A DNA stretch of 64,000 bases from Thalia democratica (Eukaryota), in contig CBDBBG010000245.1 in assembly GCA_965202585.1 (NCBI GenBank), forward strand, positions 1 to 64,000, in the 5' to 3' direction. The position numbers were made by a program, and so were the translations under genes. Below the pieces are notes generated by a model that was not told where the DNA came from, searched no databases, and saw only the letters and a list, made by a program, of their open reading frames with translations. Below are positions 26,701-37,690 of the stretch, piece by piece; the stretch's first letter is position 1; the number at the start of each line of letters is the position of its first letter.

Positions 26701-29700
26701 TGGTAATAAATTAGCTACAATGGTTTTAAAACTACTTTTTTCTATATGTTTAGTATTGAACACATAATCTGTTTTTAATAACTACCAAGAAACGACTTCA
26801 AATAAAAATACAAATTACATATTTTCAGAGTATCACACTTATAGCGTAATTGATAGTATTTGTATGTTAACACAAACAAATGCTAATTAATTTAGTTCGA
26901 AAAAATTATCGTTTTTAGTAATAAAATATTATAGCTATGCAATCTTTATATTATGTTAATCATAGTACAGAGCACACTTTACAAAAAAGACACCACATAA
27001 AAGAACAGTTTGATTATTTTAAGTTTAATAAATTTAAGTTGTATTTTTAGGTGTACATCGTAAAAATAAATTAAATTTATTGGAATTAAGACTTAACAAT
27101 AAACAACAAAGACAAGGTTACGATTTGACAAACTATTAGATTAATAAGCAAATTAAACTGATTAAATATGTCTAAAGTATATAAATTTTTGTATTTCAAT
27201 AGAACTACTCTACTTAAATAAACAAACAATGTTTTCACCATAATTTTGAAGAAAACATTTCTTTTTATGTACAGCCACTAAGTAATGGATTACATATTAA
27301 TTACAACGAGGTTTAAATCATGCAAGTCTATCGGTGGCTTTATATTTGTATCAAGTTTTTTCTTCTTAAAATACTTTCAATAACTCACGTCATTAAACTG
27401 TTCTAAACGAATTTTCATAAATATCAACAGCATAGTTGCTCGGGGATTAGAAATGTTCATATTAATTTATTTGAACAAATTTCCAGCGCAGACTTTAAAG
27501 TTTGTTTCGACCACACAACAGAATTTGAAAAAATGTAATAACTGCGTGTTTATATTAAGCGGTAGGTAATTAACTAGGTAACTTGCTTACATACCATTCA
27601 GCATACTTTTCTATTATTAAGACAAGGTTATTACTGGTTTTGAATAGTTCTTTGTTTTTAGTATCTGAAGTAAAAAAGTTTTCATTCCACATGTTAGTTC
27701 TAAAATGTAAGGAAATGTTTTAACAGAACAGAACTTAGATTTAAATGAATGATAGTGCACAAGAATTTGCAGTTTCGTTCAATTACGTCACTAAAAAGAG
27801 AATTCGTTCGATTCTCTTTATTTTTGTTTCAATTCAATGTTTTTTAAAAACATTCAAAACATTGTGTAAAGTAAATTTGTGTGCAAATAATTTCAAAAAA
27901 AAAATTACGAAGTAGAATTGTTGACAGAGTAAAAGGAATTTGGAAACTTAAAGATTAAGTATTCGCGTAAAAACTGACGCAACTATGTTTTATCAACCGG
28001 TTGGTCGTAAAAGTTCAAGTAATGATTAACAAAAATAAAGTTTTCTGTAGAGCATAAAAAAGTGGGATTAACTGGATCTAAGAAACGTGGATTCACAAAA
28101 AAGATTTAAGAAATTAAATAAAGGGAACAACTGCTTGTTTCGGGTTAGTAATGAATAGTCATCTACCATAAAGATGTTCGTATTAACTTTTTGTTCAGAA
28201 AGATGAGCTTCATGTTTAAACCACGAAATACAATGGTGTGCAAATTTTAATAAAATGGCTGAGGAACTGGTATCTAGTATTAACTTATAGATTACAAGGT
28301 TTTGTGATTTTGTTTAACTACGTCACTACAAAAGAGAAACCGAATGATTTTTTCTTTAAAATTTTTGTAGTTGTTTAACTTCACCAGTGTTTTTTTGCGT
28401 ATTTGATAGCTAATACAAAACAACTTTTAATTCAATAATATTTCAAAGAACGTAATCATGTTAAATAACTCAAGCTAGTTTTAATCAACCTGTTATTTGA
28501 GTAAAGATTGACAAAAAGGTTTCTGAACAAAAGAGTAGGATCCATTGGATCTAAGATTTTGAAGTTTGATCAAAAGATTATTGTATTTTAAACAAATTTG
28601 ACAAGCTCATTATTTCGGATTAGTGATTGGCAGATACCTTATATGCAGACACGCATGTTTGCTTACAAAAGTGATTTTCATGTTTTAACCACATAACACA
28701 GTGGTCAGCAAATATTCCCCTCGAGTCTTTAATTATAAATAATTAATTGCACTTTTCATAAACAGATATAGTGTACAACATTTTGTGATTTCGTTCAATT
28801 ACGTCACTACAAAAGAGAATTCGGTTGACTCTCTCTTTTTTAAATGTTTTACTTTTTAAATTGTATGTGATCGATAGATATATGTATAAAAATCTACAAA
28901 AATATGTATTTAGCAGAACTATTCATAGAGAAAAAATGTTAAGAAACTTGGAAATCTTACAGTCCAACTTGCAATACTTCTAGTGAAAAAGTCATGGTTA
29001 AAAATATCTAGAATACTTATAAATATATAGAATATGTATATTTATATATAACTACGTTTAAACCACATAACACAGTGGTCGGCAAATACTTACACTAGGA
29101 GAGGAGTTTCATGATTTGTAGATCTGGTTTTATATAAAGTGATAATGTACGAGATTTTGCGATTTTGTTCATCTACGTCACTACAAATGAGAATTCACAT
29201 ATCGATTTTATCATTTTTAATTTTAATTTTTTTGGAAGATTTAAAAACCTGTGATCAATAGACATAATAATCTTATTATGTAACATAACTGTTAAGAGTA
29301 AAATATTTTGAAAGATCAACCGAGGATAACTCTAAACTTCAAACGTTTAATTGTGATGGAACAAATAATGAATTAAGAGAGTAAAACATGTTAAAAATCT
29401 ATGTATGGTATAGTTCATCTTGCAATAATTTTAGTAAGGAATTAAAATGTAAAAACAACTAGTTTTCAATACAAATCAAATTCTATTATATTTTTTATCG
29501 AATTACTTTAATTAATTTGTTTAATATTGAGCATATACATCTCACTAATCAGTACTTTAAACAATAGGCACTACTCTGTACTTAAGAATTTAAAACAATA
29601 AAGCTGGTAACAATTTAACTACAATCATTGAATTTTTTTCTATATCTTAAGTATTATATACATAATTTCTATTTAATGACCATAAAAGTTACTGCTACCC

Positions 29701-31474
29701 ACCTTAAAATAAAATAGAAAATTTTATATTTTTAACACAAGTTTCACTGTTGTTGACATAATAAATATTGACTAATTAACAGCTTTTTTAGTGAACTAGC
29801 ATGTAATCATTTTTTTTATTTTTACACAAATAAATTCCAAGTAACTTATTTCGAAAATAACGTTTTTTTCAATAATAAATTTTCAAACAAAATGCTTTAT
29901 AGAAAATAACAACTGTTGTATTGAGCGCAAACTATAACAAATTAAACAAAAACAGTCATCATAATATCAACACTGATGTAGTTGTCTAACTTTACAAGTA
30001 ACATTAATATTCAACATGCATATTGAACAAGAACTTCAGTGTTTTTTTTTTGCGTACTTGATAGTTAATACAAAACAACTTTTGATTTAATAATATTTTT
30101 TATTAAAGTTAGCATGTTAACTAACTCAAGCTCATTTATATGAACCTGTTAGTCGTAAAAGATCTAGCAAAGATTAACGAAAGTTTTCTGTAAAAAAACA
30201 ACTTTTGATTTAGTAATGTTTTAAGAGACTTCGCATGTTAACTCGAGTTTGTTTTTATCAACCTGTTGGTCGAGTAAAGATTAATAAAAAGAAAGTTTTA
30301 TGTACAGCATAAATGAGCAGGGTCCATTGGATCTGAGAATTCAAGCAAAAGATTACTGATTTTAAACAATGATTACAAAATTCTTACTCTGATGAACAGT
30401 AACCCAGCTTACTGACACGCGCATTAACTTTAACGCTTACAAAGATGAGTATCATGTTTAAACCACATAACACAGTGGTCAGCAAATGTCATCCTGTCTA
30501 TGAAAATATTGAATTTTTGATTCCGGTTTAATATATACAAATATAGTGTAATATATTTTCTTATTTTGATCAATTACGTCACTACAAAAGAGAATTCGGT
30601 TGGTTCTCTCTTTTTAAACGTTTTGCTTTTCAATTTCTTTATGTTTAAACGACAAAAATAATGGCTAGAAAATTAGTGGCATAACAGGACGAATAAAAAG
30701 ATTACACTTTTGTTTACAGCTGGTTTAAAATATTTAATTGTAGAGCACAAAGGTTTAGCAATTTTGTTCAATAAGTCATTGCAAAAAAGAACTCAGTTAC
30801 TAAAAGTTCGAGTAAAGATTAATAAAAATCTGGACAGGAAAAAGAAGTAGGATTGACTGTTCTAATAATTAGGGTTTAGAGCAAAAGAATAATTAAATTT
30901 AATAAGAGAAACAATTCCCTGTCTCGGATTAGTGATGAATAATTACATAATATACAGATAGACATATCAACCTTTTAAATTACAAATAAGATTTTCATTT
31001 TTAAGCCAAGTAACACAGTGGTCTTGAAATGTTCATAAATTGGAACACAATAAAATGATTCGGTAGATCTGGTTTATAATATAGTGATAATGTACAAGAT
31101 ATTGCAATTTTGTTCAATTACATCACTACTAAAGAGAATTCAGATATCGATTATATCTTTTTTAAAGTTAATGTTTTTAGATCATTCAAAAAACTGTGAT
31201 CAATACATATAAAAACCTATAATAATCTAATTATGTAACATAATTGTTGATAGTAAAACATTTTGATAGGTAAATCGAGCGCAACTCTAAACTTAAATCT
31301 TTTTAATTGCGATGAAACGCAATGCAAAAACTAAATGTAAGAAACGTAGGTTCAACTAATATATTAATCAAAATAAATAAAGGTAACAATTCCTTGTTTA
31401 GGATTAGTAATTAATAATCACCTACCCATACAGACGCGCACATTAACTTTATGATTACACCTATTAGTTTCATG

Positions 31475-31531
31475 TTTAGACCACATAACACAGTGGTCTA
31501 GAAATATTCACCGCATGAAAAGGAATGTCAT
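31475..31531 (-). ncRNA. Representative predicted small RNA unit
   Basis: Predicted AUGACAUUCCUUUUCAUGCGGU-GAAUAUUUCUAG-ACCACUGUGUUAUGUGGUCUA; perfect 8-bp stem TAGACCAC/GTGGTCTA (31477-31500). Inferred only. Confidence 0.4.
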
Positions 31532-32157
31532 GGTTAGGTAGATCTGGTTTTTATGCTAGTGTACAAGGTTTTGCGATTTCGTTCAAATACGTTACCATAT
31601 AAAATTATTCAGGTCGTAAAAATTCAGGTGAATATTAATAAAAAAATGTACATCACAAAAGAGTGGGATCCAATGGACCTAAGAATTGGGGGTTTGAACG
31701 AAAAAATACTGAATTATAAAAAACAAAATTAATAAACTCGTTGTCGCAAATGAACAGTTACCTACCATACAAACATGCATATTAACTTTTAGATTACAAT
31801 GATGATGTTATAACCACATAACATAGTAGTCGTTTAATAATCTTATCGAATTGCAAACGCACTGATAACCTTGATCCGGTTTTTAATATACATATACAGT
31901 GTACAACATTTTGCGATTTCGTTCATCTACGTCACTATATAAAAATATTCAGGTCGTAAAAGTTCAGGTAAATTTTAATAAAAAAATGTACAGCACAAAA
32001 GAGTGGGATCCATTGGACCTAAGAACTGGGATTCAAGCGAAATATTACTGATTGTTAAACAAAGGTAAACAACTCATAATTTCGGATGAGTGACGAACAG
32101 TACCTGCCATACAGACACGAATATTATCTTTTCGCTTACAAAGATCATTTTCATGTT

Positions 32158-32212
32158 TTAATCACATAACACAGTGGCCAGTAAATATTCTTGCCCATGG
32201 CCAAAGTTAATT
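32158..32212 (-). ncRNA. Representative predicted small RNA unit
   Basis: Predicted AAUUAACUUUGGCCAUGGGCAA-GAAUAUUUACUG-GCCACUGUGUUAUGUGAU; the stem is imperfect. Inferred only. Confidence 0.33.
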
Positions 32213-33169
32213 GCATTATTGATCCAGTTTAATATGAACAGATATAATGTACAACTTTAAATTTTTATTCAATTACGTCACCACAAATAAGATTTCGGTT
32301 GATTCTCTCTTTTTTTCTACTAGAGCCACATAACATAGTAATTTGTAAATTTAAGCAACTGCTGTTATAATAATGCAATATATAACTTATTTATTAAACT
32401 AGTTTTTAATATACAATTAAAAAGAGAAACATTTTACGATTTTGTTCGATTAAGTTAATACAAATTCAGTCGATTCTTTTTTTATTTAAAGTTTTGAAGT
32501 TGTATGTGATCAGCATATTAATTACATATTTTTAAATGTTGAAGAGTCTACAAATATTTGAATATTTTACAGAACTTTTACAGATATTTTTGAAAGCAAA
32601 ACTGTTCAATTAGATTAAGTGTTGAATGACTTTAAATAATTTGTTTAGTTATTAGCTGATAATTAGATGATGATACGTCTCACATTGGTATATTGAATAT
32701 ATATTATAAGGTCTTAGTCTCTAGTTAAAAAGTTAAAACAAAGTTAAATAACTTGTTTAGTGTTTAGCATATACATCTCACCAAAGAGGTAAATTGAATA
32801 TATAAGAGCAGAAAAATTATCTCTAATTAAGAAGTTAAGACAAAAAAGGTGGTAATAATTTAACAACAATCATTGTATAATTTTTGTTTTACTTTATCTT
32901 AATAATTGAATACATAAATTTTGATTAATGACCATCAAGATTAGTGATAACCAACTTAAAATAAAAAAGAACATACTTAATTGTCACTGTTGAAATAATT
33001 AATAATGACTGACTAATAGCTTTTATATTGAACTAGCATGATTTATTTTTGTTCACAAATAAATTCCAATTAACCTATAGCGAAAATAACTTTTTCTTTT
33101 AATAATAAAATGCCAGAGCAAACAAAAAACTTTAAAGATAATAACAAACATGTTGTATTGAGTGCAAAC

Positions 33170-36100
33170 CAGTGGCGTCGCGTGGTACTTTTGTTAGGGG
33201 GTGCTGCAGATTGAGTCGTCAACTCAAAAAAATCCCCTAATTTGAAACATTAAAATAAAACTCAAGAAGTTAAAGAGAATAGGGAAAATTTTAAGCTAAA
33301 AGTCTTTAAGATATTAGCTTAAATGCTTTTTAATATGAATATAAAAAAAAAACATGATATACTTAAAAATATATAGTTTTTACTTTTATACTTAAATTCA
33401 AATATACGAGAAATTTATTTAAAAGTACTTAATGAAGGAAATAGATTACTAAGTTGCTAAAAATGTTTATCATAATACATAAATTTACAATATATCATAC
33501 ATTGATAAAAAGTTTGTATGTATTAACAAAACTTAATTATAAGAGCAAAATAAGTTTTATTTTTACAGATTAACAAAATATTTTTTTTTTCATGTTTAAA
33601 TAACTTCTCACAATACAACTTTTAAAAAGATTTAAAAACTACGTATTTAACTATTCAAACATCAATTCTTTTATAAACAACAAAAAGAAAATATGTCTAC
33701 CAAAATGAAATTGAGGATCAGAAAATATTATTATAACTATTTTGTAGATTTTAAAGTTAACTCAAAAAGTAAAGTAACTTTTAAAGCAATTAAAAAAAAA
33801 TTGCTTTAAACAGTAACTTTGTTTCTTTTGAGTTACTTACTTATGTTTCATTAGTAAAAAATAACATGATAATTGAAAAAAAATCACACTAGAAGGAATT
33901 TTCTTTTAAAACTTTTACAATGCAACACAAAAGTATTGAAAAAGTTATAAATATTACAGCAGCAAAAAAAAATTGACTTTATTCTTAAATTAGTTTTACA
34001 CACTAAAAAAATTAAATAAAATTCTACATACGTTTTGAAGCATATATAATTTTATATCACTTATAAAAAAATAAAAAGCAAAATTTAGTCAGAGTTAGCT
34101 TTCAATATAGATAATTAACAAACAAAACAAAACTTGTTTAAAAGGTCTTTGTTTGCAAATTAAATAACTATAAGTTGTAAAATAACCTTTAAAAATTTAT
34201 AACTAGGATCAAAAAACAATTATCTAAAACAACTTAGTTCTACTAAAAACATAATTAAAGTTAAGTCAGAAGTCTGTTCATGATAATAAGAAAACTATTT
34301 TTTACTTATATAGGTAAAATGCATCCTTCTTTCTTTATTCTAACAAACATTTCTAATACCTTCGAATTAAAACCATCACAGTCACTAACTAGACCTCGAC
34401 CAATTGCTAATACACTCAAAGAATTAAGTCTTGTCTGGCCTAAAACCTCTTGGGTAATTGAAATATCTGGTGTTGGTCTGCTGTTTTTAACTTAAGCTTT
34501 TCAAATTCAGACAAAGCATTTATATCAATGCGTTTAAGCTGATCCACAGTCCATTCACTATAAATTGTAGTTTGCATGTTATTATTTTTAAAAATAACCT
34601 AAAAAATTAATTATGCTTTTGTTAAACTATTTGTGAAATTTTTACAAGGTACTGATATTTCAAAGCTAATATTTTTTTAAAAATAAAGTATCTTGTAATA
34701 TATAAGTAACGATTTCATATAATTTCTAATGTTAATTTTTGTTATAAAAAAATTATAGACCCCCTATGTCCTTAACACACTTTCTATATACTTTATATTA
34801 AATATTTTTTTCATTTAGAATAAATAGATGAAACTTGTTAGTTTTAATACAAATTGATATAAGTTTAACTATGAGAATTGTATTTTGTTGTGTAAGTAAG
34901 TTTATCTAAAAACTTTAATGTATTTGCCTAAAAATCAAATAAAGATAAACAATTAGTTTGTTTTTTGTTAAGTCAGTTTGTACTTCCCTCTCATTATAAA
35001 ATTTTAGTACTCTCCAACTTTAATTAACTATATGTCAAAATTCAATTCAAAGAGCAATTCAAAACAATTTATAGTTTACTTAAAAGTTTACAAATGTAGC
35101 TCAAGCTGTATAAACTTATGCATTAATATCAATTTAAATTTTATGTCAACCATACAGAAATCATGGAGTGGTATCATAGTTCATTAAAAAATGTTTTTGT
35201 TATTTTGATCAGAATCACATAAATGCTTAAAATAAAAATAAAGCAACAACTTAATGTAAGGAATTTTACAGAAAAAAAAACTATTTCACTATATCTTACC
35301 TTTTCAATTTTTATCAGCAATTGTTAGCAAAGTTTTTTAACAAAATAATTAATATTTTTATTTTTTAAGAACAGAATTTTTAATTTTTGAGTTTTTTTTT
35401 AGTTTAAAACAATTTTTTTTTATATCTTTCATCATAATATTGTTCTAAATATTTTTACACTAAGTTGAGAAAACTTTAGGTTGTAGATCTCAAATAAAAA
35501 ATTTTAATTTTTTATGCACATTTTATTATCAATATAAGGCAGTTACATTTAAAACTTGCATATAACTTGTTAGCTACATATTGCTTATTTCAATACTAAA
35601 ATTATTAAAAAACAAAATTAGTAATATTAAAAAGAAATTCAATTATTTTATGTAAATAAGATAGGTAGAATTTGATTTCTTTTACTTTAAAGTAATCTGG
35701 AATAAAGAATTATGATGTATGAAAATAAATTCTTAATGACCATTTTTTAAAGAATTATCAATAAAACACACACAAATTTATTGAGTTTTGAATTTTTTTA
35801 AATAATGTCCTTTAAAAACTTATTAGAACTTTTGACTTGTATAGTTTTTTTTTGTATATGTGTTGACCATTGGGTTTTGATCTTGCACTTTCATCTCAAA
35901 TACTAAACTTTACTTTCACTGTATTCAAGTTGTTTACATTTAGTAGTTATTTCAATGTATAATGTTCACAAACTAATTAACAGTGTATTCATATTCACTA
36001 TATTCTTAATATTCAGTTTAAATAAACATAGCGCTGCATTGAATGCAGCTCTAAAAATAAGCTTTTAAACAACATTTTGTATAGGAAGTTTGTATATGTT

Positions 36101-36314
36101 TAAAATGCAGCTCACACTGTTTTAGCTTGCAGCGCCAGCGATTTAACGAATATTTGAAAATTGAATGTAAAATTTGAAAAACTAACAAATTTATGGTTAA
36201 GTTCAATGAAAAAAAGAAGGAAACTGAAACAAAGGGTAATTTTCTTTTTTCTTCTTTTTCTTTTTGAATAGGTGGGACTGCAGCTCCATTGTGCCACCCC
36301 ACGCGACGCCCCTG
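33170..36314 (-). mobile_element. Non-autonomous hAT element (3145 bp)
   Basis: TIR CAGTGGCGTCGCGTGG / CCACGCGACGCCCCTG (15/16 match); perfect 8-bp TSD GTGCAAAC; the flanks rejoin into the array spacer ttgtattgagtgcaaac..aacaaa. Confidence 0.95.
34295..34577 (-). pseudogene. hAT transposase remnant: N-terminus fused to the C-terminal dimerisation region
   Basis: MQTTIYSEW..EFEKLKLK(N)SRPTPDISITQ is joined directly to EVLGQTRLNSLSVLAI..FNSKVLEMF..KERRMHF; the catalytic core is absent. Confidence 0.7.
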
Positions 36315-36322
36315 GTGCAAAC

Positions 36323-37690
36323 AACAAAAAATGAAAAATGAAACAATCATCACAAAATCAACATTGATGTAGTTGTTCAACTTTATAAGTAACAATAATA
36401 TCCAACACGCGTATTGAACAACAACACCAGTGTTTTATTTTAATTAGTACTTAATACAAAACAACTTTTAATTTGATAATGTTTTAAGAGACTTCGCATG
36501 TTAACTAACTCGAGTTCGTTCTTATCAACCTGTTAGTCGAGTAAAACTTGACAAAAGTTTTCTGTACAGCATAAAAGAGTGGGATCCATTGGATCTTAGA
36601 ATTGGGGTTTAATCGAAATATACAAAGATTTTATACAAAGGCAACAACTTCTGTCTTGGATGAACGATTACCAACCATGAAGACACGCATGATGACTTTT
36701 TTCTTACAAAGATGAGTTTTATGTTCAAACCACATAATACATTGGCCTGCAAATATCCTCTAAACTTAAAAGTATACAAAATTATTGATTCCGGTTTAAA
36801 AGATACAAATATAGTGTACAATATTTTGTGATTTTGTTCAACTACGTCACTACAAAAAAGAATTCTGTTGATTTTTTTTTTAACGTTTTACTTTTTAAAT
36901 TGTATGTGATCAATAGATATATGTATATACAAAACTACAAAATTATATAAAAATACAAAAGAAATTGTATGCATTAATTATAGTTGAGTAAGTATCTGTC
37001 TAAGAGTCAAGCTCACAATATTTTGTATAAAAACTTATACAATTTTTTACCAATGAATATTTACAAAATATGAATATATCTCTTACTTTAAGTATTTTCA
37101 ATGCAAAGAAAGATATTTACTAGTATAGTTTTTAAATTTTCACAACAAATACTTAAATGAAACGTAGTTGAAAAACAAATACAACAATTTAAAGCCTTTT
37201 ATTGTTTGGTTATAAACATATTTAATAGCATATTTCGAGTTGTAAAACATTAAGGAGATGCTTAAATTAAAGCAACTTAACAATAATAGAAACAATTATT
37301 TTACATTTTAGAAGAAATAAAACGTGTTAGTGAAAATCAAGAAAGCAATTGAAGAAAGTATTTCAGTAACAAATTGTATATAAATATCATTTTTTAACCT
37401 TAATGATGAGTTTTGAATTTTAGATAAGTTTTCTATTTAAAATAACACAATGCTAAATCTGAATAAAGTGTTTTGTGTGTACAATAGTTTTACCTAATGC
37501 AGATTAATTTACACAATGTAAACGTTTAGAAAGTTATTTTTATGTTTAAACCACATGAAATAAACGCTTGCAAATTACTACGGTAGTTGGTAGAGCCTTT
37601 CTTAAAACAATATGATGAATCGAATTATTATATAAGTATTTAAGGCCCACTAAATATATAGATTTAAAAAAAAATTACTAGGTTCTAATC
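36323..37690 (-). repeat. Distal segment of the cassette array
   Basis: One full unit (cassette 36759-36786, ACGTCAC at ~36844) plus a spacer duplicating ~19740-20500. Confidence 0.88.

Larger units (their letters stand above)
17830..33169 (-). repeat. Complex tandem array of ~0.35-0.45 kb units, each with a hypervariable ~30-nt cassette (main segment)
   Basis: Recurrent + strand blocks ctcgagttcgtttttatcaacc, gagtgggatccattggatc, gacacgcatgttaac, aaaccacataacacagtggtctgcaaatattc-[28-31 nt variable]-gatc(c/t)(g/a)gttt, and ttttgtgattttgttcaattacgtcactacaaaagag. About 19 cassette-bearing units, interrupted by two insertions. Confidence 0.92.

Noticed and set aside
17830-37000. Array as a decayed protein-coding repeat (plus reading RVRFYQPVGRVKIDK..WDPLDLRIG..MFKPHNTVVCKY; minus reading ILFCSDVIEQNHK..YLQTTVLCGLNM; ORFs 17790, 21075, 24733, 36609)
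   Set aside because: The consensus carries recurrent TGA stops, unit subfamilies differ by 1-nt indels, and cassette lengths of 28-31 nt do not preserve one frame. Some third-position-like changes exist around the hairpin, so a codon-model test is still worthwhile.
17830-37000. True CRISPR or TIGR array
   Set aside because: The constant part is ~300+ bp, not 25-45 bp; there are no cas or other effector genes; the context is eukaryotic. The resemblance is only architectural.
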